Positions 39,222-49,507 of a DNA stretch of 59,156 nt are shown in pieces. The DNA is taken from the NCBI GenBank assembly GCA_029050705.1, contig JAIDME010000194.1, positions 1 to 59,156 of the forward strand, written 5' to 3'. Under the pieces are notes generated by a model, which ran no database searches, was not told where the DNA came from, and saw only the letters and a list, made by a program, of their open reading frames with translations. The first letter of the stretch is position 1. Each line of letters begins with the position of its first letter. Both the position numbers and the translations under genes were made by a program. This stretch comes from Acetatifactor sp. (GTDB taxonomy: Bacteria > Bacillota > Clostridia > Lachnospirales > Lachnospiraceae).

Positions 39222-40211
39222 ATGTACATAGCGGACGACGGGAGATATGAAAAAATGAAGTACAACCGGTGCGGGGCAAGCGGACTGATGCTGCCTGCCG
39301 TCTCACTGGGACTGTGGCACAATTTCGGCTCCAACGGGAATTTTGACAACATGGACGCAATGTGCCGCACAGCCTTTGACAACGGTATTACCCACTTTGA
39401 CCTGGCGAATAATTACGGCCCTGAGCCCGGGGCGGCGGAGGAGAATTTCGGCCGCATTTTGAAGAAGAGCCTGGGAGGTTACAGGGATGAGATAGTGATT
39501 TCCACAAAGGCGGGATACGGCATGTGGCCCGGACCTTACGGGGACTGGGGCAGCAAAAAGTACCTTGTGGCCAGTCTGGATCAGAGCCTGAAGAGAATGG
39601 GGCTGGAGTATGTGGATATCTTTTATCATCACAGGCCTGACCCTGAGACGCCGCTGGAGGAGACCGCAAGGGCCCTGGATGGTATCGTCAGGAGCGGTAA
39701 GGCGCTGTACGTGGGGGTATCCAATTATAATAAGGAGCAGACCATCGCAATCACGAAGCTGTTTCGGGAGATGGGAACGCCCTTTATCATCAATCAGAGG
39801 CGCTATTCCATGCTGGACAGGACCATGGAGCGGGATGGCCTGAAGGATTATGCTGCCGTCCACGGCATCGGCATCATTACGTTCTGCCCTCTGGAGCAGG
39901 GCCTGCTGACTGACCGCTATCTGCACGGTATTCCGGAAGACAGCCGCGTCCGCAGGGACGGGCGGTTTCTGCAGGAAAGTGCGATCACTGAAGATAAGCT
40001 GGCAAAAATTAAGGCGTTAAATGAACTGGCGGCACAGAGAGGCCAATCCCTGGCGCAGATGGCCCTGGCCTGGATTCTCAGGGACGGGGATGTGACCAGT
40101 GTGCTGATCGGTGCCTCCAGGCCTTCCCAGATTCTGGATAATATCGGTATGCTTGGAAATCAGTCCTTCAGCCGGGAGGAGCGGGAGAGGATTGATGAGA
40201 TCATAAGGTAA
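39222..40211 (+). CDS. Aldo-keto reductase (YghZ/MgrA-like)
   Basis: SLGLWHNFG, HFDLANNYGP, STKAGY, YVDIFYHHR, IGAS. Confidence 0.92.
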   Translation: MYIADDGRYEKMKYNRCGASGLMLPAVSLGLWHNFGSNGNFDNMDAMCRTAFDNGITHFDLANNYGPEPGAAEENFGRILKKSLGGYRDEIVISTKAGYGMWPGPYGDWGSKKYLVASLDQSLKRMGLEYVDIFYHHRPDPETPLEETARALDGIVRSGKALYVGVSNYNKEQTIAITKLFREMGTPFIINQRRYSMLDRTMERDGLKDYAAVHGIGIITFCPLEQGLLTDRYLHGIPEDSRVRRDGRFLQESAITEDKLAKIKALNELAAQRGQSLAQMALAWILRDGDVTSVLIGASRPSQILDNIGMLGNQSFSREERERIDEIIR

Positions 40212-40228
40212 GCTGTATTCCCGCAAGC

Positions 40229-40267
40229 AATGAGCCAAGTCAGCAAAATGACTTGGCGAATGCCGCG
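40229..40267. repeat. REP-like palindromic intergenic repeat, short copy
   Basis: aatgag-ccaagtca-gcaaaa-tgacttgg-cgaatgccgcg. Confidence 0.6.
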
Positions 40268-40303
40268 TTATGTACAAAAGCTTGCGCAGAAAAGAGGTGC
40301 AAT

Positions 40304-41020
40304 ATGGGATTGTTTGACAGGTCCGGCAGGCACAAAATTTTAACTCCGCAGGAAAGACGGATAAAAACTCTTGAAAAACTGAAAAAGCAGAAGATAGCTG
40401 TCAATGAATATCTGCCGCTGCTTCCGCCGGGTGAAACCGTAAAATTAAAAAGCTTGGAAGAAGTAAAGAAAAGAGCATTAGGCTCTATGATAAGTATTCA
40501 GTTGGCCTGTTCCATCCGAAATGGTGAAGATTATGGTGAGTCATTGGCGGCAATAAGGCAGATGATGAATGAATGGAATATATCAACAGATGATTTGCTA
40601 CCGAAAGAAAGGGTTCTGATCCTAAATAAATTTACCCAAAAAGATAATACCGAGGAGATCTCAAAACAGAGTGTCATAGATATTGTATGGACATATGAAA
40701 CCTACTATTCACTTATATGGTCACTGGATCTGATCGGTGACAGAGAATTAGCGGATGCGTCAAAGATATGTAATACTGTACGGGCCATGTCTATCGCCAG
40801 ATTAATTAATGACATAGCATCCGGGCTGAGAAATACTGAAAAAATATTAGACATGACAGATCTGTTTTATTGCTGTCACTGGGCATGCGAGGAAAAACGA
40901 ATAAGGCCTGAAACCTCAATCGGTAAATTAAATTGGGAGGTAGTTACTGAGAGAAGAAGGGGCTTAGAGTGGCTTATCAGCGATGAGAAAGACTGGAACC
41001 ATATTTCCCTAGATACATAA
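40304..41020 (+). CDS. DUF4272 family protein
   Basis: W-YE...L-W-L, EKILDMTDLFYCCHWA, VVTERRRGLEWL, C-terminal W-HISLDT. Confidence 0.75.
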   Translation: MGLFDRSGRHKILTPQERRIKTLEKLKKQKIAVNEYLPLLPPGETVKLKSLEEVKKRALGSMISIQLACSIRNGEDYGESLAAIRQMMNEWNISTDDLLPKERVLILNKFTQKDNTEEISKQSVIDIVWTYETYYSLIWSLDLIGDRELADASKICNTVRAMSIARLINDIASGLRNTEKILDMTDLFYCCHWACEEKRIRPETSIGKLNWEVVTERRRGLEWLISDEKDWNHISLDT

Positions 41021-41042
41021 AGGCATATGAGGAGTACAAGAT

Positions 41043-41291
41043 ATGAATAAAGAAGAGATTCTCTGGGACAGAATTTTTCAATTAAAATTTACCATAATTA
41101 TTTTTGTTGTAATGGAGATAATTTTATTTGCTCTATTCCTGATACTTTGCTTCAGCAAGGAGTTGGCAGGATCGATCTGCACAGGTATATTTTTCTGTAT
41201 ATTGCTTGGCTTGATCATTGTTTTCAAAAAAAGGAAGAAAAAGTTAGAAGCGGCGCTTCAGGAATACAGAGAAAATATCAGGAAGTTTTAA
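41043..41291 (+). CDS. Small two-TM hypothetical protein
   Basis: SD gaggag, two hydrophobic helices, basic tail. Confidence 0.65.
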   Translation: MNKEEILWDRIFQLKFTIIIFVVMEIILFALFLILCFSKELAGSICTGIFFCILLGLIIVFKKRKKKLEAALQEYRENIRKF

Positions 41292-41672
41292 CAGGGCGCC
41301 GGAATATCCGGGCGGTTTGGCAGCATTACGGGCTGCAGCGATTACCTGAGATGCCAATTTAAAAGAAGAGCTTAATAGTTAGGTCTCCTATGACAAAATA
41401 AGGTCATGGGAGGCTTTTGTTGTGGCAAAACTGCCAATATGCAAGGTAAAGTCAGTTAAATGGTATTCCCGGAGAATATAAATGACAGTTTGGAGAATTT
41501 GTAGTAAAATAATCTTGGAAAATGATGTAGGAAAATTGTTCCCTGGTATGTGTCGATTCAAGACCAATGATAATGCTGTCATCTTCATAAGAAAGTTCAG
41601 TGAGACGGAGGAAAGATTTGATTTGCTTAAAGAGTATCATATATCTATGTTGAAATAAATGGAGGACCCCTG

Positions 41673-42071
41673 ATGCAGAAAAGAACACAGGCCCTTATGG
41701 AGATAATAGGAATTAGTGAGTTATTTGAGATTCCACATGGGAGATTACAGGGCAGCACAGTGCTTGCTACAAAGGGAAAGGAGAAATTGACTGTTTCACA
41801 ACTGCTAAAATCAGCAGAATATTTAATCAAATTTATTAAAGATAATTTCGATGTTGATAAGTACCAATATTCGATTACTATAGTTTACTTAAAGTCGGTG
41901 CAATTGGTGTTAAATAATGGGAGTGCAGATAAACCGAGTAAAGAAAATGCGCATATTATTATTGACGTCATGCACGAGATAGCTGACATTCATGCTAAGA
42001 ATGAAAGTGAAAAGGAATTGAATGAAGAAATTGCAATATCATTAAAGCTTCTGATTGAAACGTTAAACTGA
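41673..42071 (+). CDS. Hypothetical protein
   Basis: SD ggagga, 132 aa AT-rich ORF, no recognised motif. Confidence 0.55.
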   Translation: MQKRTQALMEIIGISELFEIPHGRLQGSTVLATKGKEKLTVSQLLKSAEYLIKFIKDNFDVDKYQYSITIVYLKSVQLVLNNGSADKPSKENAHIIIDVMHEIADIHAKNESEKELNEEIAISLKLLIETLN

Positions 42072-42215
42072 ACAGATATTAGATTTATTAAATTGTTAAT
42101 TTGATGAATTGATGTTACAATTTAGGATGAGTTCTTGAATGTATATGTGCAGAACTTGATTGTGACTTTGTATACTTGGTAAATGATAAAAGAACTCAGG
42201 AGGAAGTTGATAAAG

Positions 42216-43973
42216 ATGAGTAACGATAAAATCAGTGAAGTGGGAATAAACATAGCAGAAAAAGCTACAGTAATTTGGAATGTGGCAGATATGCTTCGTG
42301 GACCATTCAAGCCGCATGAATATGGTCTTGTTATTTTGCCGATGACGGTGGTTAAAAGATTTCACGATTGCTTACTGCCCACTCACGATAATGTGCTTGC
42401 TCAGTATGAAAAAGTGAAACATTTAGCAGTAATTGACGGCTTTCTGACAAGGGCATCCGGTTATCAGTTTTATAATACAAGCAAATTTACCTTTGAAACA
42501 CTTTTGGCGGATCCGGATAATATAGAAACGAACTTTAGAGATTATTTAGCCGGTTTTTCTGCAAATGCACAGGATGTATTATCTAAGTTTGATTTTGATA
42601 ATATTATCAAAAGAATGATAGAGAGTAACACATTGTATCTTATCATTAAAGAATTTAGTTCTGAAAAAGGGTACTTGGGGCCTGACAAAATCAACGCCGT
42701 GGATTGTGGTTATATCTTCGAGGATTTAGTACGTCGTTTCTCGGAGTCCTTTGGTGAGGAAGCGGGAGCGCATTTTACCAGCAGGGATATTATCTATCTT
42801 ATGACGGATTTGCTTCTGGCAGATGCTGATTTAGATACAGGCGGAATGACTGTCTATGATATGACTATGGGAACATCCCAGATGCTTTCCTGCATGGAAG
42901 AGAGAATCCATGATCTGAACAGCGATATAGAGGTTACTTGCTTTGGACAGGAATTCAATCCTTCTACATATGCGATTGCAAAAGCTGATATGATGATTCG
43001 CGGTGGAGACCCGGATAACATGCGGTTCGGAGATACACTATCGGATGATCAGTTTGAAGGTTTTACTTTTGACTATTGTATATCTAATCCGCCTTTTGGA
43101 ATCGACTGGAAGCGTGAACAGAAAAAGGTGGAAGAAGAAGCTGCAAGAGGAGAGCAGGGCAGATTTGCACCCGGGCTTCCCAAAATCAGCGATGGTCAGC
43201 AGCTATTTGTGTTAAATGGTCTCTCTAAGCTTGCGCCAAATGGGAAAATGGCGATTATACAAAACGGATCGCCTTTATTTTCCGGGGATGCCGGGAGCGG
43301 TCCGTCAGAAATCAGAAGATATATTTTGGAAAACGATTGGCTGGACTGTATCGTGCAGCTTTCTACAGACATGTTCATGAATACGGGCATCAGTACCTAT
43401 ATTTGGATTTGTTCAAAGAATAAACCTGCATATAGGGAAGGAAAAGTGCAGCTTATAGATGCTTCCCACTGTTATGAGGCCAGAAGAAAGAGTATTGGTA
43501 CGAAACGAAATGACATTACAGACAAATGCCGGGAACTGATTGTAAGGGCTTATGGTTCTTTTGAAAACTGTGCTGTGTATGGTGATAAGAACGGAATTTA
43601 TTGTGAGAGTAAAATATTTGAAACCGTAGAGTTTGGATATAACAAAATTGTGGTGGAAAGACCGTTGAGGGATGAAAATGGCGAAATTGTTCGGAAAAAC
43701 GGAAAACCTGTCGCAGATGCAAATCTGCGTGATACAGAAAATGTACCGCTGGTGCAGGACATTGACAGGTATTTTGAGAGAGAAGTGTTGCCCTATGCAG
43801 AGGACGCATGGATTGACAAGAAAAAGACTAAGGTGGGGTATGAAATACCTATGACGAGATATTTCTATGAGTATCAGGCTCCGGAAAAGGTGGAGGATAT
43901 TGTGGCTCGGATTCATGCGTTAGAGGCTGACATCTCTGCCTCTTTGGATAAGCTGTTTGCTGAGGAGAAATAG
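42216..43973 (+). CDS. hsdM: Type I restriction-modification methyltransferase subunit
   Basis: IWNVADMLRG, EEAGAHFTSR, NPPF motif IV, GSPLFSG, GYEIP; start moved to ATG 42216. Confidence 0.95.
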   Translation: MSNDKISEVGINIAEKATVIWNVADMLRGPFKPHEYGLVILPMTVVKRFHDCLLPTHDNVLAQYEKVKHLAVIDGFLTRASGYQFYNTSKFTFETLLADPDNIETNFRDYLAGFSANAQDVLSKFDFDNIIKRMIESNTLYLIIKEFSSEKGYLGPDKINAVDCGYIFEDLVRRFSESFGEEAGAHFTSRDIIYLMTDLLLADADLDTGGMTVYDMTMGTSQMLSCMEERIHDLNSDIEVTCFGQEFNPSTYAIAKADMMIRGGDPDNMRFGDTLSDDQFEGFTFDYCISNPPFGIDWKREQKKVEEEAARGEQGRFAPGLPKISDGQQLFVLNGLSKLAPNGKMAIIQNGSPLFSGDAGSGPSEIRRYILENDWLDCIVQLSTDMFMNTGISTYIWICSKNKPAYREGKVQLIDASHCYEARRKSIGTKRNDITDKCRELIVRAYGSFENCAVYGDKNGIYCESKIFETVEFGYNKIVVERPLRDENGEIVRKNGKPVADANLRDTENVPLVQDIDRYFEREVLPYAEDAWIDKKKTKVGYEIPMTRYFYEYQAPEKVEDIVARIHALEADISASLDKLFAEEK

Positions 43974-43975
43974 AT

Positions 43976-45244
43976 ATGGCCAGAGAGATGAAGGATAGTG
44001 GGATTGAGTGGATTGGGGAAATACCTAAAGAATGGGAATTAGTACAACTAAGAAGGTTTGTGAATATTAATAATGGACGAGAGATAAGAAGAGAGGTTTC
44101 GAAGGATTATCCAGGTTCAATAGGTGTATATGGCTCTGGTGGAATATTTAAATATACAGATGAAATGCAATATTCTGGGAAAGCAGTAATGTTTGGGCGA
44201 AAGGGTACATTAGGGAAACCCTTGTATGTAGATGATAGTTTTTGGACAGTTGATACTATGTATTTTTTGACATATAAGAATGGTTTAGATGAGCGTTTTA
44301 ATTATTATCAGCTTATAGTATTTGACTGGGAACCATACATAACACATACTGCCATTCCCAGTATTGTTGCTTCACAAATAGTAGCTTGTCATTTCCCGAT
44401 TCCTGATAGATGTGAGCAAAATAGAATTACTTCTTATTTAGATAAGATATGTGTTAAACTGGATAATATGATTATCAAAACTCGCGCAAGTATAGAGGAA
44501 TACAAAAGGTTAAAGCAAGCGGTCATTACTCAAGCTGTCACCAAAGGGATAAGAGATGACAGGCAAATGAAAGATAGTGGTGTTGAGTGGATTGGAAATA
44601 CACCTATTGATTGGGAGCTTATTCCTTTCCGTTATGTACTTAAAGAACGTCAAGAAAAAAATAGTCCTGTAAAATCAGTAGAAAGATTATCTTTGTCGAT
44701 TGATTTGGGAGTGACTCTTTACGCAGAGAAGACTACAAATCTGGATAGATTTAAAGACGATTTTGAACAATACAAATTGGCCTATGAGGGCGATTTAGTT
44801 ATGAATAGTATGAATATGATTGTGGGGGCGACAGGAGTATCTGACTATTTTGGTTGTGTAAGTCCGGTATATTATACCTTTTATGATGAATTAGAAGATC
44901 ATGTAACTGCAAAGTACTGTGAGTATATATTTAGAAGTAAGACTATGCTGAGAGTGCTATATAGTTTAGGAAAGGGTATATATGCAATTGTTCGAGGAGA
45001 TGACCGAGTGAATACTTGTAGGCTTAAGGTGTCAAAGGAAGACTTAAAAAGCATTATAATACCAGTTCCTCCAGTGGAAGAGCAAAGGGAAATAGTGAGT
45101 TATCTAAAGAAAAAATGTGAGGAAATTGATGAATTAATTGCCAAGAAAGAGCAATACCTCTCCGAGATAGAGAATTATAAAAAATCCTTGATTTACGAAT
45201 ATGTAACAGGCAAAAAGGAAGTGCCACTGGAATATCAAGTATAA
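43976..45244 (+). CDS. hsdS: Type I R-M specificity subunit
   Basis: Two conserved repeats MKDSG(I/V)EWIG-P--W, two TRDs, PPVEEQ, YEYVTGK. Confidence 0.95.
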   Translation: MAREMKDSGIEWIGEIPKEWELVQLRRFVNINNGREIRREVSKDYPGSIGVYGSGGIFKYTDEMQYSGKAVMFGRKGTLGKPLYVDDSFWTVDTMYFLTYKNGLDERFNYYQLIVFDWEPYITHTAIPSIVASQIVACHFPIPDRCEQNRITSYLDKICVKLDNMIIKTRASIEEYKRLKQAVITQAVTKGIRDDRQMKDSGVEWIGNTPIDWELIPFRYVLKERQEKNSPVKSVERLSLSIDLGVTLYAEKTTNLDRFKDDFEQYKLAYEGDLVMNSMNMIVGATGVSDYFGCVSPVYYTFYDELEDHVTAKYCEYIFRSKTMLRVLYSLGKGIYAIVRGDDRVNTCRLKVSKEDLKSIIIPVPPVEEQREIVSYLKKKCEEIDELIAKKEQYLSEIENYKKSLIYEYVTGKKEVPLEYQV

Positions 45245-45291
45245 GGTGCAGATCTTATCCATAGCATGAAACAGATTTGGAAGGAGAACGG

Positions 45292-46383
45292 ATGGATAAC
45301 AAAAATGAAATGGTAGAAGCAGATCAATCGTTAGATGCATTGATTACAAATTCGATTGACTTAATACAGTATGTCAGACAACTTGTTGCAAAACAAGTAA
45401 ATTTAGTGCAGCTTATGACATATTATTCTCTTGGCAAGTGGATTGTAGAGGTACAGCAGGAAGGACAGGAACGCGCCCAATATGGGAAAAAGGTTATAAA
45501 AACTTTGTCTGATCATTTAACAGAAAAGTTTGGCAGAGGTTTTTCCAAAGCAAATTTAGAATTTTTCAGACGTTTTTATTTGAATTATGAGGAGCGAATT
45601 GCCGAAACAGTGTTTAGGCAATTCGCAATTGAAAAAAATGAAGCAGTGTTTAGGCAATTGGAAGAAAAACCGCCATTTATTGTGTCTTGGTCGCATTATT
45701 TACAACTTTTGCGTATTGAAAACAAAGATGAACGACGTTTTTATGAAATAGAATCTGCAAAATCCGGCTGGGGAATCAGAACATTGCAAAGGCAGTATAA
45801 TTCCAGCTTGTATGAGAGATTGGCGCTTAGCAGAGATAAAGATGCTGTAATGCAATTGGCAAATGAGGGAAATGTGATTGCTAAGCCGCAGGACATTGTA
45901 AAGCAACCTACCGTATTAGAGTTCCTTGGCTTGGAGGAAAAAACAGAATATTCTGAGAGTGATTTGGAAACAGCCATTATTGACAAGCTGCAAAAATTTT
46001 TACTTGAGTTGGGAAAAGGTTATCTTTTTGAAGCGAGACAGAAACGATTTACTTTTAATGAAGATAACTATTATGTGGATTTGGTCTTTTACAATCGGCT
46101 TTTGCGTTGTTATGTTTTGATTGATCTGAAGGTAGACAAGCTGACGCATCAGGACATCGGACAGATGCAGATGTATGTGAACTATTATGACCGATATGAG
46201 AAACTTGATGAAGAAAACCCAACAATTGGTATTTTGATGTGCAAGGAAGAGAATGATGCATTGGTAGAGATTACGCTGCCCAAAGATGCAAACATTTATG
46301 CTTCTCAATATAAACTATATTTACCGGATAAGAAATTACTGCGGGATAAGCTCAGACAATGGATTGCGGAGGAAGAATCATGA
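45292..46383 (+). CDS. YhcG/DUF1016 PD-(D/E)XK nuclease family protein
   Basis: YGKKVI...[46 protein letters not shown]. Confidence 0.92.
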   Translation: MDNKNEMVEADQSLDALITNSIDLIQYVRQLVAKQVNLVQLMTYYSLGKWIVEVQQEGQERAQYGKKVIKTLSDHLTEKFGRGFSKANLEFFRRFYLNYEERIAETVFRQFAIEKNEAVFRQLEEKPPFIVSWSHYLQLLRIENKDERRFYEIESAKSGWGIRTLQRQYNSSLYERLALSRDKDAVMQLANEGNVIAKPQDIVKQPTVLEFLGLEEKTEYSESDLETAIIDKLQKFLLELGKGYLFEARQKRFTFNEDNYYVDLVFYNRLLRCYVLIDLKVDKLTHQDIGQMQMYVNYYDRYEKLDEENPTIGILMCKEENDALVEITLPKDANIYASQYKLYLPDKKLLRDKLRQWIAEEES

Positions 46384-49300
46384 GCATAACAGTTACCACA
46401 GAAAAACAATTTGAATCGGATATCGAATCCTTCCTCATATCAGACAAAGGCGGATATACAAAGGGAAATGGATCATACAATCCGAAGTTGGGTTTATACC
46501 CAGATAAACTGATTTCTTTTATTAAGCGCACCCAGCCGAGAGAGTGGGCAGCATTTGAGCGGCAGAATGATATAGATCCGGCACGCAAATTCTGTATTGC
46601 ATTTAACAATGCTTGTGATATGGATGGAGTGCTTCATGTTTTACGCAATGGATTTAAACACAGAGGTACTACCTTTAAAGTTTGTTTTTTCAAGCCTGAA
46701 TCTACATTGAATGACACAGCTGGAATTCAGTATATGGAAAATGAAGTAGAGTGCTATAGGCAATGGCATTACTCTGCGGATACGAAAAAATCTGTGGATA
46801 TGGTACTTGTTGTCAACGGTATTCCGGTGTTTGCTTTTGAACTAAAAAACCAATACACAGGGCAGAATGTAGACAATGCCAAAGCCCAATGGATGTATGA
46901 CAGAGATCCAAGAGAGATATGCTTTCAATTTAATAAGAGAATCTTGGCGTATTTCTGTGTAGACCATACAGAAGTCTGGATGACAACGAAACTGGCAGGG
47001 AAAGATACATATTTCTTACCTTTTAACCAAGGCTCTAATGGAGCCGGTTCTGATGGTGGTGCGGGAAATCCGCCTAATCCGGACGGATATCCTACAGCAT
47101 ACCTTTGGGAAAATGTATTCCGGAAAGACAGCATGTTGGATATTATCCGGAAGTTTATAAATTTACAGAAAAAGAAAACATTGATATTCCCTCGTTATCA
47201 TCAGTTAGATGTTGTTCGGAAACTTATTGCAGATGTACGGACAAACGGAGCAGGTAAGAATTACCTTATTCAGCATAGTGCCGGTTCCGGTAAATCCAAT
47301 TCTATCGCGTGGACAGCCTATCGTCTTGCATCACTTTTTGATGGAAATAATAAGCCGGTATTTTCCAGTGTGATTGTTGTTACGGATCGTACTGTATTAG
47401 ATGCGCAACTTCAGGAAACGATTTCGGGATTTGACCATAAGTTAGGTGCTGTAGAGACTATAGGAGAGGATAAAAATTCTCAGGACTTAAAAGATGCAAT
47501 CAATGGCGGTGTGCGTATTATTGTTACAACTCTGCAAAAATTTCCGGTCATATACACGGAGGTTGATAAGGCAAATGGTAGGTGCTTTGCCGTTATTGTA
47601 GATGAGGCGCATTCTTCTCAGACAGGCAGTTCAGCATTGAAATTAAAGAACGCACTGGCAGATACGGAAGAAGCCCTGCGGGAGTATGCAGAGCGCGAAG
47701 GATTAGCGGAGGAAGAAGTTGATCCTGAGGATAAACTTGTAAAAGAAATGATTGCTCAGGGTAAGCATAAGAATTTATCTTTTTTTGCCTTTACTGCAAC
47801 GCCAAAAGCTACTACGCTGGAAATGTTTGGGCAGGAGCAGGAGGACGGCTCTTTTCATCCGTTTCATGTGTATAGCATGAGGCAGGCGATTGAGGAGAAG
47901 TTTATTCTTGATGTTCTTCAAAATTATATGACTTACAATACCTGTTTCCGAATCGCAAAGACCATGGCAGATAATCCGGATGTTCCCTCCAGCAGGGCGG
48001 CAAAGGTTATCCGTAAATATCAGGAATTACATCCTTATAATATCAGTCAGAAATCGCAGATTATCGTGGAAACATTCAGGGATACCACAAGGCATAAGAT
48101 TGACGGCAAAGGAAAGATGATGGTGATCACATCGTCCAGACTGGCTGCTGTCCGTTATTACCATGAAATCAAACGTTACATTGAGGAAAAGAAGTATGAT
48201 GATGTGGATATTCTGGTAGCCTTTTCCGGCGCAATTGATGACAGGGGAGAGGAATATACAGAATCAAAATTAAATGTGCGTAAGGACGGTTCCCATATTT
48301 CTGAGAATCAGACCAAGGCGGAGTTCCATGATAATTTTAATGTACTGATCGTAGCGGAAAAATATCAGACAGGATTTGATGAGCCATTTTTACATACCAT
48401 GATCGTGGATAAGAAGTTAAAGAATGTGAAAGCAGTACAGACTTTATCCAGACTAAATCGTACCTGTGAGGGTAAGACAGATACTTTTGTGCTGGACTTT
48501 GTTAATAAAGCAGAGGATATAAAGGACGCATTTCAGCCGTTCTATCAGGAAACATTTCTGCAGGAAGAGGTAAATGCAGACTTGTTATACCAGACGCAGA
48601 GGGAATTGCGGGCATATGGCATTTACTCGGATGAAGATATTGAAGCCTTCACAAATGAGTATTACAAAAAGGGCAGGCAGGACGACAGGGCAATGGGGCG
48701 AATGAGCAGCATTTTACTGCCTGTTGCCAACCGTTATAATAAAAAGACACAGAATGAAAGATATCAATTCCGCAGGCAGGTTCGTAACCTGATTAAATGG
48801 TATAGCTACATATCGCAGATATTGAGAATGTTTGATAAAGAGTTACAGAAGGAATATGTATTTTGCTCATATCTGATTGGTTTATTGCCCAAAGATCCTG
48901 TAGAACTGATCGATCTGGAAGGTAAGCTGAAACTGGAATATTACAAGCTGCAAAAGACATTTCAAGGTGAAATTGCGTTGGAAGAAGTAAAAACCGTATA
49001 TGTTCCGGCAAAGCACAAAGGTGTCAAGGGAATGGATGAAAAAACGCCCCTGGACGAGGTAATAGCAAAGATTAATGAAAAATTTAAAGGGAATTTCACA
49101 GAGGGAGATAAAGTTATTCTGTCAGCGCTGAGAGATAAGCTGCTTTCTGATAAGAAATTGAAAAAGATGGCGCAGTCTTCTGATCCGCAGATTTTTGTTG
49201 AAAGCATCTTTCCAAAGGCATTTGGTGCGGCGGCTCAAGACGGATATATGGAAGCGCAGGAATCGTACCAGAGTTTGTTCGAGGACACTGCTAAGTATAA

Positions 49301-49463
49301 TGCGATTATGAGTGCGTTGGCTGAGGTTGTGTATCGGGAGATGCGGAAGAAAGGAACTAAGTCTTCAAATGAGCCGGTAACATATAGTTATGATGATCCG
49401 CAAAATTTGTCTATGGTGGCGGAAGATTCGATGAAGTATGGAAGCTATAAATCTAGTAAATAG
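46380..49463 (+). CDS. hsdR: Type I restriction endonuclease subunit R
   Basis: D...ELK nuclease motif, [33 protein letters not shown]. Confidence 0.95.
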   Translation: MSITVTTEKQFESDIESFLISDKGGYTKGNGSYNPKLGLYPDKLISFIKRTQPREWAAFERQNDIDPARKFCIAFNNACDMDGVLHVLRNGFKHRGTTFKVCFFKPESTLNDTAGIQYMENEVECYRQWHYSADTKKSVDMVLVVNGIPVFAFELKNQYTGQNVDNAKAQWMYDRDPREICFQFNKRILAYFCVDHTEVWMTTKLAGKDTYFLPFNQGSNGAGSDGGAGNPPNPDGYPTAYLWENVFRKDSMLDIIRKFINLQKKKTLIFPRYHQLDVVRKLIADVRTNGAGKNYLIQHSAGSGKSNSIAWTAYRLASLFDGNNKPVFSSVIVVTDRTVLDAQLQETISGFDHKLGAVETIGEDKNSQDLKDAINGGVRIIVTTLQKFPVIYTEVDKANGRCFAVIVDEAHSSQTGSSALKLKNALADTEEALREYAEREGLAEEEVDPEDKLVKEMIAQGKHKNLSFFAFTATPKATTLEMFGQEQEDGSFHPFHVYSMRQAIEEKFILDVLQNYMTYNTCFRIAKTMADNPDVPSSRAAKVIRKYQELHPYNISQKSQIIVETFRDTTRHKIDGKGKMMVITSSRLAAVRYYHEIKRYIEEKKYDDVDILVAFSGAIDDRGEEYTESKLNVRKDGSHISENQTKAEFHDNFNVLIVAEKYQTGFDEPFLHTMIVDKKLKNVKAVQTLSRLNRTCEGKTDTFVLDFVNKAEDIKDAFQPFYQETFLQEEVNADLLYQTQRELRAYGIYSDEDIEAFTNEYYKKGRQDDRAMGRMSSILLPVANRYNKKTQNERYQFRRQVRNLIKWYSYISQILRMFDKELQKEYVFCSYLIGLLPKDPVELIDLEGKLKLEYYKLQKTFQGEIALEEVKTVYVPAKHKGVKGMDEKTPLDEVIAKINEKFKGNFTEGDKVILSALRDKLLSDKKLKKMAQSSDPQIFVESIFPKAFGAAAQDGYMEAQESYQSLFEDTAKYNAIMSALAEVVYREMRKKGTKSSNEPVTYSYDDPQNLSMVAEDSMKYGSYKSSK

Positions 49464-49507
49464 TATAAGATGGCAGTAAAAAAGCAATAACGCTGGAGGA
49501 GGTTGCG

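Noticed and set aside
43976-45244. Phase-variable hsdS shufflon
   Set aside because: Single hsdS, no silent TRD cassettes, inverted repeats or invertase. The internal repeat is the normal conserved HsdS region.
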